From the IMG/VR virus record IMGVR_UViG_3300021478_000027: a stretch of DNA of 64,000 nucleotides; one strand, 5' to 3'. Positions 10,039 to 17,776 of the stretch are shown piece after piece. The notes under the pieces were generated by a model, which saw nothing but the letters and a program-made list of their open reading frames with translations, made no database searches and had not been told where the DNA came from. This DNA is from an uncultured virus (IMG/VR IMGVR_UViG_3300021478_000027) (taxonomy: Duplodnaviria > Heunggongvirae > Uroviricota > Caudoviricetes). Position numbers and translations under genes: made by a program. Within the stretch, counting starts at the first letter, position 1; each line of letters opens with the position of its first letter.

Positions 10039-10569
10039 TTAAACCTTCTTCCCCCCGAATAACTCAAGCGTCCTCGCTATCGGCAACTGCCCCGTCATCT
10101 CCGTGTTCACCGCACCAGCAATGCGATCAACCGACCGCGGCTTGCCAATCACTTCCATCAACTTCAGCGCAGACACGGTGGCGTTGGCGCGCACCTTCTC
10201 GGCATCAGGCAGCGCATCCCAGTCGGCTACCGCCATCACCCGATCAACCCCTCGGCGCGCCATGCGACGCATCCGTCCAAAGATGCCCAACCCGCTGTTG
10301 GTCAACTCAACGTCCGTCGCTCGCCGGATGCCAATGTTGTTCAGCGGGTCAGTCACAATCTTGTATTCGCGCAAGCAGATATGCCGAGCTGAATGTAGAA
10401 TATGCCTCGCTTCAGCCTGCACATCCTGGCCAATCAGCTCATTCAGTTCTCGGTATCGGATCAACTCTCCAACCGACATTCGCTTGATGCGGTCGACCAG
10501 AACCGTCGTCTCAATCGCCCGAGAAAACGGATAGGACCGACCCTCAACAACCTGAGATCTCGTTTCCAT
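10039..10569 (-). CDS. Accessory protein of the RAMP/pentamer locus (176 aa, possible winged-helix)
   Basis: ATG at 10569 with upstream GGAG. METRSQ...GELIRYRELNELIGQD...ARHICLREYKIV...NNIGIR. The ORF-track extension to 10716 only translates array B. Confidence 0.65.
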   Translation of the reverse strand: METRSQVVEGRSYPFSRAIETTVLVDRIKRMSVGELIRYRELNELIGQDVQAEARHILHSARHICLREYKIVTDPLNNIGIRRATDVELTNSGLGIFGRMRRMARRGVDRVMAVADWDALPDAEKVRANATVSALKLMEVIGKPRSVDRIAGAVNTEMTGQLPIARTLELFGGKKV

Positions 10570-10584
10570 TGCTGTAACTCCGTA

Positions 10585-10684
10585 AAACCTTGCCTTGCGT
10601 TGCCGGGACAAGCCAAACCTTGCCGAGCCACGCCGCGCACTACCGCGCGGAGCCACGCTAAGACGAGCGCTGCCCGGCCACGCC
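10585..10684 (-). ncRNA. Pentamer array B (20 GGY-NN units), candidate guide RNA
   Basis: Minus strand: GGCGT GGCCG GGCAG CGCTC GTCTT AGCGT GGCTC CGCGC GGTAG TGCGC GGCGT GGCTC GGCAA GGTTT GGCTT GTCCC GGCAA CGCAA GGCAA GGTTT. Starts 3 nt after the RAMP gene stop. Confidence 0.75.
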
Positions 10685-10687
10685 GCG

Positions 10688-11293
10688 TTAAGCCGCCTTC
10701 CCCAATTGCTCCTCAATCACAACAAACTCATTCACTTTAAACCGCCCGTAAAACCCCCGGTTTCTCGGCCTAAATCGCCCAATCCCAACAAACTGCCCAA
10801 ACCGCTCAAGCACAAACTCAAACACAGTTGTTCCAGTCGCCGGCCACGTCTGCAACACCGTGTCATCAAAAATTATAAAGTTAAATTCAGCCTTCCAACC
10901 GTCCTGAATAACCGGAAAATACTTATGTACCCGCTTAGAACCTCCTGCGCGACCATCAGCAGGAACAAACAAGCGCTCGCAACTCACATCCTCGGCCTGA
11001 ATCCCAAGCATCGCCGGCTCAAGAGCCATCACGCCAGCCTCGAAATGCTTGGTGTACGTCGCCTTGCCCTTTCCGGGTATACCAAGCGACAGAAACTTAG
11101 CCGTCTCCGCCAAACCGTTTTTGAATGACATTGGCGGAATAAAAACCTCCCCCTTCTGGTTTACATGAAGTCGGTTCCGCCACGTTCGCTTTTCATAATC
11201 CTCAAACCCTTCGCCCTGAAGTTTCTCAACTTCATAAGAACGACCTTGCGAATACGGCGACACACCCTCTACAGAAGCGACAACTGTTTTCAT
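10688..11293 (-). CDS. Stand-alone Cas7/RAMP-like RNA-binding protein (Vipr-like)
   Basis: Beta1 VVASVEGVSPYSQG; VFIPPMSFKNGLAETA (compare the Cas7 IPgSSxKG motif); C-terminal Gly-rich loop GQFVGIGRFRPRNRGFYGRFKV; 201 aa; RBS GAGGAG; flanked by pentamer arrays. Confidence 0.75.
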   Translation of the reverse strand: MKTVVASVEGVSPYSQGRSYEVEKLQGEGFEDYEKRTWRNRLHVNQKGEVFIPPMSFKNGLAETAKFLSLGIPGKGKATYTKHFEAGVMALEPAMLGIQAEDVSCERLFVPADGRAGGSKRVHKYFPVIQDGWKAEFNFIIFDDTVLQTWPATGTTVFEFVLERFGQFVGIGRFRPRNRGFYGRFKVNEFVVIEEQLGKAA

Positions 11294-11309
11294 CTATGAA
11301 CTCCTCGTT

Positions 11310-11394
11310 AAACCCTGCCTTGCGATGCCCTGCCGAACCAAGCCATACCGAACTAAGCCCAGCCCTGCTACGCCATGCCCTACTAAACCGCGCC
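11310..11394 (-). ncRNA. Pentamer array A (17 GGY-NN units), candidate guide RNA
   Basis: Minus strand: GGCGC GGTTT AGTAG GGCAT GGCGT AGCAG GGCTG GGCTT AGTTC GGTAT GGCTT GGTTC GGCAG GGCAT CGCAA GGCAG GGTTT. Ends just before the RAMP gene RBS. Confidence 0.75.
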
Positions 11395-11404
11395 GAGAAA
11401 AACC

Positions 11405-11674
11405 TTACCGACTCACTCCACCATATCCCCCATACCCACGCCCATAGTCCCGGCTCACACCACCCCCATCTCCATACGACGGAGCCGGCGTGTACCGATA
11501 CTCCTGAACCGACGACCCAGGAGACACAAACACCCCACCACTCCCGTCCCGGTTGCTCCGGTACTCCGTCACGCTATGCCCCGGATCGATGATCACACCG
11601 TCCCTCAAACCCTGCGCATAGGCCGAAACCGCCCAAACCGCCGAAAACGCCAGCAATCCCAACAGCTTAACCAT
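11405..11674 (-). CDS. Small secreted Gly/Tyr-rich protein
   Basis: Signal-peptide-like MVKLLGLLAFSAVWAVSAYA-Q; internal repeat PGHSVTEYR/PGSSVQEYR. Confidence 0.55.
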   Translation of the reverse strand: MVKLLGLLAFSAVWAVSAYAQGLRDGVIIDPGHSVTEYRSNRDGSGGVFVSPGSSVQEYRYTPAPSYGDGGGVSRDYGRGYGGYGGVSR

Positions 11675-11965
11675 GTTTTCCTCCTCCGCAGCGACTCACT
11701 ATATATAGGGCGCTCTCGCGCCCCCCTCACTCCTCCACCAGCGCCGAGATGTCCCACGGTCGGTCCCGCAACGCTCGCGCCGGAAAGGGGACCCGGGCAG
11801 GGCGAGGCGCCTTCTCTTCCAACGGCAGCATGTCAGCCGCCAACAACACCTCATCCATCCGGCGCCAGTGATCCAGCGCCAACCGACGCCAGTGATCCAG
11901 CGGCTTGATCTCAGCCATCACCCAACTCCTCATGCTGTTTATATATAGGGCGCCATGCGAGACGC

Positions 11966-12151
11966 TCATTCCGTCAGCCCCCCAACCATCCGACGCCGCT
12001 CCAACTCAACCGCTCCACGCGCCCCTAACTCCCGCTCAATCAATAACCGCAACCACTCCCCAACACTCCGATGATCCTCCGCCGCCGCGTCAAACAATCG
12101 GCGCCGCAAATCCCCACTCAACCGCAAACTAAACGTGCCCTTCTCCATCAC
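11966..12151 (-). CDS. Ribbon-helix-helix (Arc-like) DNA-binding protein
   Basis: TFSLRLSGDLRRRLFDAAAEDHRSVGEWLRLLIEREL. Confidence 0.7.
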   Translation of the reverse strand: MMEKGTFSLRLSGDLRRRLFDAAAEDHRSVGEWLRLLIERELGARGAVELERRRMVGGLTE

Positions 12152-12469
12152 AGACCCTCAAGCAACGCCCATGACGACGGCTCAAAACGATCCTTATCCC
12201 CACCCTCTCCCGGATACCGAACCCCACACGGGTCATACTCAGCCACACAACCCCCATCCTTTGTCCATAATTCATAAATAGAACGATAAGGACTGTGAGC
12301 CTCACCACTGCCACGCGACGATATCACAAAGATCAACTCGACTATCTTCGCCATCAATCCATTACCCACTCTATCGCCATTATCACCAATACCCACGACA
12401 ATACCGACAAACCAATGATCACCAATGCCCGAATACCTACCGGATACTTCTCGGATGGCGGGCAATCCA

Positions 12470-12742
12470 TCACTCCCCAATCCTTTCAACTAACTCAGCA
12501 ATAACCGAGCGCGATTCTTCCACATTCACAAGCAAATCCTTCAATCTCTTAACAAAAGAAACATCCAAACCAACAACCTCATACGTCGTTACCCGCAATC
12601 CACACCCTTCACACCTACGGCGGCGGCGAACACGACGGTCACGATCATTACCAGTAACACTCGCACGACTGTCTAATACTCGCATTATCCCGCCACACAC
12701 ACACAAAAACCCGGTAGATGCTTCAGTCGTTCGATGTCCCAT
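12470..12742 (-). CDS. NrdR-like N-terminal zinc-ribbon protein
   Basis: CVCGG..RVLDSR...VRRRRRCEGCGLRVTTYE; no ATP-cone follows. Confidence 0.7.
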   Translation of the reverse strand: MGHRTTEASTGFLCVCGGIMRVLDSRASVTGNDRDRRVRRRRRCEGCGLRVTTYEVVGLDVSFVKRLKDLLVNVEESRSVIAELVERIGE

Positions 12743-13060
12743 ACCAACTCCTATACTCCTAAATGTACGACGATGCAACACAATGTCGTACGGTTTTCGC
12801 AAAATTTTTATCCGGGCGTAACGATGGGGGTACTTCGCATCCGCCGCGGCCGGTCCCGACGGCCTCCCCCGAAACTTGGCCTAGAAACGCTACGACGCAG
12901 GTGCGTTGCATACGAACAAACCATGCACATCGCGTGCAACCGCCTTAGTATGGCGGTAACACCATAACAATATCAATGGATTAACACGTCAAAGTGTAAC
13001 GTCAGTATAACCGACGCATTGAATTGACCATGCTCGACGCATTGCATAGCCTCGCTGGCC

Positions 13061-13489
13061 ATGCCTAACCCATTGCAATTACCGCCAGGTCTAGACCCCG
13101 TTACAGCTGGTCGGCTTGGCCTATGGCTACTTGGAAAGAGATCGCACCTCCGTGCACAGCATCGCGACTACCATAGGTCACGGGTTCCACATGGTACGCG
13201 ATGGTTAAGCAGACGCTTTACCAAGCTTGTTTGCCGTTGGGGTATTCACGACTATCCCGGTTGGATACGAGCATTTTCAGAGATACTTGGAGTCAAGCCG
13301 GGTCGGGGTAAGGTTCTTTTGTACTCACCTGATGAGCAAGTGAGCTATCGGCATTTGGTAAGGATGCTGGAATACGGATTAGAGGTGCGAGCGGACTGGG
13401 ACGAGTTGATTGCCGATCTTGAAGCGCACATAGCGTCTCGCCCTCCGCCTAAACGACGCGGCATCAGAGGTGGCGGTAAAACCGGCTGA
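13061..13489 (+). CDS. Hypothetical protein (first + strand gene after the strand switch)
   Basis: 142-aa ORF with a basic C-terminal tail; function not recognised. Confidence 0.45.
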   Translation: MPNPLQLPPGLDPVTAGRLGLWLLGKRSHLRAQHRDYHRSRVPHGTRWLSRRFTKLVCRWGIHDYPGWIRAFSEILGVKPGRGKVLLYSPDEQVSYRHLVRMLEYGLEVRADWDELIADLEAHIASRPPPKRRGIRGGGKTG

Positions 13490-13533
13490 CCCCCTCATTA
13501 TCTAAAATTTGATACGATTCGCAAATTAGCGTA

Positions 13534-13562
13534 TTGACCCTATAAGAACGTAGCATTATGTT
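13534..13562 (+). promoter_or_regulatory. Sigma70-like promoter of the small early-gene cluster
   Basis: TTGACC-N17-TATGTT upstream of an RBS and ATG at 13588. Confidence 0.6.
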
Positions 13563-13587
13563 ACGTATATCAGATGGGAGAGACGAG

Positions 13588-13722
13588 ATGACGCAAACCG
13601 AAATCATCATTCGCCGCATGAAGCAGCTGGACGATTGGTACACCGACGGTTGGCTGACCACGGAAGAGTATGAGGCTCGGATGTCGGCTTACCGCATGAT
13701 GCTAATGGCAACTGATTGCTAA
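13588..13722 (+). CDS. Small early protein (44 aa, SHOCT-like)
   Basis: Hand translation MTQTEIIIRRMKQLDDWYTDGWLTTEEYEARMSAYRMMLMATDC; RBS GGGAGAG. Confidence 0.5.
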   Translation: MTQTEIIIRRMKQLDDWYTDGWLTTEEYEARMSAYRMMLMATDC

Positions 13723-13750
13723 ACGAGCGGCAGCTGGAGGAGCACAGACA

Positions 13751-13978
13751 ATGACCACCATAGCGAAAAATCGGATCGAAAAGTTTCTACCAAAGGTAAC
13801 GGGTGGCAAGTTCTATTCGCTTAGTAATCACTTCATAGGTGAAGAAGCGACGGCTGAGCAAATTGTGTCGTTTGTGCGTTTCTGGACCGACCACGGGTTA
13901 GGGAAGATGACCTTAGATGGAACGCATGGGCGTTACCGTTTGCACTCAAACGAATGGGCAGAGTTTGAAGTGATATAG
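13751..13978 (+). CDS. Hypothetical early protein
   Basis: Strong RBS GGAGGAG; 75 aa. Confidence 0.6.
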   Translation: MTTIAKNRIEKFLPKVTGGKFYSLSNHFIGEEATAEQIVSFVRFWTDHGLGKMTLDGTHGRYRLHSNEWAEFEVI

Positions 13979-14032
13979 CTTAATTAAACGCCGCGCGACA
14001 GGCGCGCGGCATAGCTAACGGAGCCTAGAACC

Positions 14033-14128
14033 ATGAATAGATTTTACCTCAAACGGCAAGGTGGATTGATGTTCTGGCGGATCGGCCGGTTAGGCGGATC
14101 GTTCTACCTCGCAACGCGCGCGGCATAG
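14033..14128 (+). CDS. Small early peptide (31 aa)
   Basis: MNRFYLKRQGGLMFWRIGRLGGSFYLATRAA, following repeat copy 1. Confidence 0.5.
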   Translation: MNRFYLKRQGGLMFWRIGRLGGSFYLATRAA

Positions 14129-14173
14129 GCCGTAGCGATTGGCGCGCGCGGCATAGCTAAGGGAGCGAGTGAG

Positions 14174-14497
14174 ATGAGCGTTGCATCGGTTAATGGGCGG
14201 AACAGAGAGCGGCGTTTAACGAGCGCCTTGCAGACCGATCCGCAGCATCTTGAGAAGCGCCGGATTGCGCTTGCGGGGAAGCGGGCAGCCCAACCGAAAT
14301 CCGCGCTCCCGCTGCATGTTCTTTACATGCGAGCATGGCGCAAAGCAGGGAAACCTGCCGATTTTCCAAGCTGCGCAGACTGGATTAAAAACGATGGCAA
14401 ATGGCTGGATCGTCAATTAGACAACGCCAGCGCTATCGTCAAGTCATGGCCTAAGAAGAAAAAGGATTATATGCTTTCTCAATTTGAAGGCGATTAA
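14174..14497 (+). CDS. Hypothetical early protein
   Basis: Follows repeat copy 2 and its RBS. Confidence 0.6.
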   Translation: MSVASVNGRNRERRLTSALQTDPQHLEKRRIALAGKRAAQPKSALPLHVLYMRAWRKAGKPADFPSCADWIKNDGKWLDRQLDNASAIVKSWPKKKKDYMLSQFEGD

Positions 14498-14540
14498 CCC
14501 GCCACGCGATAGGCGCGCGGCATAGCTAGGGAGCGAGACA

Positions 14541-14978
14541 ATGGCAAAGATCAGCGCACACGGTAGGGAGATTGGCACTGTGTATTTCACGGTGAAGGCA
14601 AAGCGTTATATGAGTGACGGAACGGTTCTGGTCAATCAAGGTTTCGGCTGGAAACTTGGTCCGAAACTCAAACCTGGCGTAACGCCACAGGAGGCTTACG
14701 ATCGGCAGGTTGCGCACCAACGTGAAGAATTGTCACGGCGTCCCCGCACGTTAGCTTATCGCAAGGAACTGCACGCGCTTGCTGGCATGTCGAAACGGTG
14801 GAAGCTGCACATGGCTGTTGAGTTGATGCCGGATGATCCCGATGGTGTGTGGTCAGAAGCATGCGATGGCTACGGCGACAACTGCTCGGCGGATATCGAT
14901 GAAGTTGCACACCTCTGCATGCTTTACAAAAACGCAGTCGCTGAAACCGCGCGGTTACGCGAGACGGTAGCTGCCTAA
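14541..14978 (+). CDS. Hypothetical early protein
   Basis: Follows repeat copy 3 and its RBS. Confidence 0.65.
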   Translation: MAKISAHGREIGTVYFTVKAKRYMSDGTVLVNQGFGWKLGPKLKPGVTPQEAYDRQVAHQREELSRRPRTLAYRKELHALAGMSKRWKLHMAVELMPDDPDGVWSEACDGYGDNCSADIDEVAHLCMLYKNAVAETARLRETVAA

Positions 14979-15763
14979 CTACGAGTCCTGCTCAATCGCC
15001 GCGTGACAACAGCAAGAACGCGCGGCGACTAGCAGTACCAGTCTGCAAAACGTGGGAGAGAGACGAATGCGTAAATTTCCTCTGATCGAGCTAGCTTATC
15101 GCCGCACCATCGGTGCCGGCATCGTCGTGAACCTAACGGGCTACTTTGGCGCAAACTTTCGCGTCATGCGCGGCAGCGACGACAAGCGATATCTATGCGT
15201 CATTGCATGGTATCCACGCACTCGCAAGCTACTCGGCTACAAGCAAGCATCGTGCCGCATCTGATCACTTGCAAACGTGGGAGAGAAAAGATGAACCTAG
15301 ACACTTTCGACATGATCGGTTGCATTAAAAAACTTGGCGTGAGCGATGACGATGCATGGGCGTTGCGGCGCATCGCTATGCAGTTGCAGCGCTGGCATGA
15401 GCTGGCTGGCGCGACAAGCACGCGATGAAGGAAACACTTAGGGCCATACATCGGCCGTCGCTACAAAGGCAACAAGAGCGGCGGCCTATTGTGTGACTAA
15501 GAGAAACGGAGGGTATGACCATGACTCCGCGCGAGAGGGCAGACGATATTGAGCGAAAGCTTCCTCACCATCTCAGGTTTGTCGCCCCCATTAATCGGAA
15601 TGCATTTTTGGATGCTCTTGAGATCGGCATCACCGAGCACGTCCGCGCGCTGCTGGCGGAAACGCCGGAGACGATGGAGTTGCTTACCTACGGGCCCCTA
15701 GATGAAGAAGACGCTAGGTGGACCCTCGCCGCCCTCCGCAGAAAGGCCCTTGGAGAATGACCG

Positions 15764-16003
15764 ATGACTGATCCCGAATTGCTCGAAATGTCGGGCCGCG
15801 CCTTATTTGGCACGGACTGGCATCGCGGGCTGGCGCGTGCTCTGTCGGTCAACGACAGCTCCGTGCGGAATTGGATGCATGGTCGCAACGCAGTGCCTCC
15901 GGGCATATGGGATGATCTCGCGGCACTGTTAACAGAGCGGCAGGGCAAGATCACCGAGACGATTGCCACGCTAGCCGCATCTCGCGCGCGCCAGAGCGCA
16001 TGA
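15764..16003 (+). CDS. Helix-turn-helix protein
   Basis: GRALFGTDWHRGLARALSVNDSSVRNWMHGRNAVP. Confidence 0.7.
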   Translation: MTDPELLEMSGRALFGTDWHRGLARALSVNDSSVRNWMHGRNAVPPGIWDDLAALLTERQGKITETIATLAASRARQSA

Positions 16004-16316
16004 AAGCTTGTGGCTGGTACTACCCTACCAGCCACCATGCTCCCCGCGCTGTACGGCGCTCGCAGCGGCACTAGCGTCGATTTGGATATAGGAGAATAGG
16101 AATGATAGATCACAAAGCAGCGGCGCGGCGCGTCGCGCGACAGCTTGGTGCGACATTAGCATACCGCCGCACGGCGCATGCACAACACGTCGACATCTAT
16201 TTACCGAAAGGTATGGAGTTTGATGGGAATGAAGGATTAGACGCGCTCCACCACGAATGCGAGCTAGACGAAGATATCTGGCCCGGCGTGTTGGCTGACT
16301 TAGTGGTTTGCGCTGC

Positions 16317-16586
16317 ATGACGCCCACCGAGCTTCGCGCGACCTTGGCACAGCTGCGACTGCGCCAGGTCGCGCTCGCGCGTGAGCTTGGCGTGCATCGC
16401 GTGACGGTGGCGCGCTGGGTCGCCGGCAAGGTCGAGGTTCCGCGCCATGTCGCGGCGTGGCTCGCGCTATACGCGCGGTCGGCGGGCCCGCCCCCATCGC
16501 GCGAGGAACCGACTCGGCGGTTCCCGGTTGACGGTACGGTGGGGGTAATCAAGGTAAGCGATGCTCAAAGCAAAACCACTGCGTAA
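16317..16586 (+). CDS. Helix-turn-helix (XRE-like) protein
   Basis: MTPTELRATLAQLRLRQVALARELGVHRVTVARWVAGKVEVP. Confidence 0.7.
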   Translation: MTPTELRATLAQLRLRQVALARELGVHRVTVARWVAGKVEVPRHVAAWLALYARSAGPPPSREEPTRRFPVDGTVGVIKVSDAQSKTTA

Positions 16587-17448
16587 CCCCCAATCTCTCA
16601 GCATCGGGATATCCCCAACTTCCCCACTTACCGCAAGTCCCGCACCAGTGGTCGAGGCCAACGCGCTCTGGTTTAGGAATTTCCGCGTCACAAGTATTTT
16701 CTGATATAGGCTCAACATCATCATCTACTAACAACTCAATTCCATGCATAGTATCGACAAAACAATATTTGATATTTTTAATCTGTGAAATAATCCTCGG
16801 AAACAAATCAACCCAACGCGCCGACTTATAATAATATCCATGATGATAATCACCGTTATAATCATACCCACCTTCATAACACAACATATGCTCCCCCACC
16901 TCACAAAAAGCTAACCGATTATCCCCCTCAGCATAAAACCACAGACCTTTATAGATTTTTGCAAGATACCTTTCAAACGGTCTTATTGAATACCTCGATA
17001 CAGGTTTCCCCTCATCGTTACCATATCCCGGTTTAATAGTCGGCACCCAAATATGTGAAATACCTTTTCGCCGATATCCTAAAATGCGTCTCTTAAGTTC
17101 ATCTACATCAATCGGCGTATGCTGAATCTCGATAACCAGCATTTTCCCATTCGGCGCCCATATTGCTACATCGGCTCGCTGATCTCCGACAGGATATTCC
17201 AACTCAGCTCGCAACCCACGCTCGCGCGCCGCCTCACAAAACAGTTTCTTCGCCGTCAAATGTGCGACTGTCTCCCCCACCGAATACGCGCACACAGGCG
17301 ATCCTGGCTTATGCGCAAAGTGTGCGATCTTTATCGAGCCAGCCTTTAAGATCACATCGGCTTGACAGCCGGGACACTTGAACGCCTGTCGGCGCTCTAA
17401 TTGCCGATCTGCCTCGACGCGCTCGCCGTTCACCCACGCAATGAGCAT
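16549..17448 (-). CDS. CoiA-like protein (Zn finger + PD-(D/E)XK nuclease)
   Basis: FKCPGC..VILKAGSIKIAHFAH...GETVAHLTAK...QRADV...VIEIQHTPI. Confidence 0.8.
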   Translation of the reverse strand: MLIAWVNGERVEADRQLERRQAFKCPGCQADVILKAGSIKIAHFAHKPGSPVCAYSVGETVAHLTAKKLFCEAARERGLRAELEYPVGDQRADVAIWAPNGKMLVIEIQHTPIDVDELKRRILGYRRKGISHIWVPTIKPGYGNDEGKPVSRYSIRPFERYLAKIYKGLWFYAEGDNRLAFCEVGEHMLCYEGGYDYNGDYHHGYYYKSARWVDLFPRIISQIKNIKYCFVDTMHGIELLVDDDVEPISENTCDAEIPKPERVGLDHWCGTCGKWGSWGYPDAERLGVTQWFCFEHRLP

Positions 17449-17459
17449 CCCATTCTCCG

Positions 17460-17770
17460 TTCAGGGTAGAACAGGGTAGCTTTTCGTACCCTGATCGCGA
17501 AAAACCTAGGCTGGCCCTTATTAAAACAGCTTACTCATAGTAAACAGGGTAAATAAGGTCGTACACACAAGGATCGCCGTATCGTGTCGTAAAAGCGATA
17601 GCGCGTGGCGATCCCGCCCAGAAGTTTTAGAAACGAAAATATGCTGTTTTCCCCGCTTACTCTGAGCGCCATTGATATTAAAGGGTTTTTCAGCCCCTTT
17701 TTGCGCAGGGTGCTCAGGGTTGCACATGGTAAAAACGGACCGCACCAAGCAATCAGTGTAAACAGGGTAA
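17460..17770. other. Candidate replication origin with CAGGGT iterons
   Basis: CAGGGT at 17462, 17472, 17545, 17706, 17715 and 17763, plus one inverted copy near 17488, in an AT-richer gap directly downstream of the primase-helicase gene. Confidence 0.45.
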
Positions 17771-17776
17771 AAATTC

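Larger units (their letters stand above)
13989..14537 (+). repeat. Three copies of an intergenic hairpin+RBS element (13989-14024, 14129-14169, 14500-14537)
   Basis: Consensus GCC(G/A)CGCGA-AGGCGCGCGGCATAGCTA(A)GGGAGC, each copy directly before an ATG. Confidence 0.8.

Noticed and set aside
10570..10716. N-terminal extension of the 225-aa ORF (GSARLSVAPRGSARRGSARF) and + strand ORFs with PCLALPSLA repeats
   Set aside because: These are translations of the pentamer arrays. The RBS-supported start is at 10569.
9931..11394. Calling the repeats a CRISPR array or a plain microsatellite
   Set aside because: There are no 25-45-nt repeats with spacers. The units are not homogeneous as slippage would make them: positions 1-3 are conserved, positions 4-5 vary, and the register is kept.
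11862..11902. Short direct repeat CGCCAGTGATCCAGCG, two copies
   Set aside because: An in-frame duplication (LDHWRR) in a small ORF, with only two copies.
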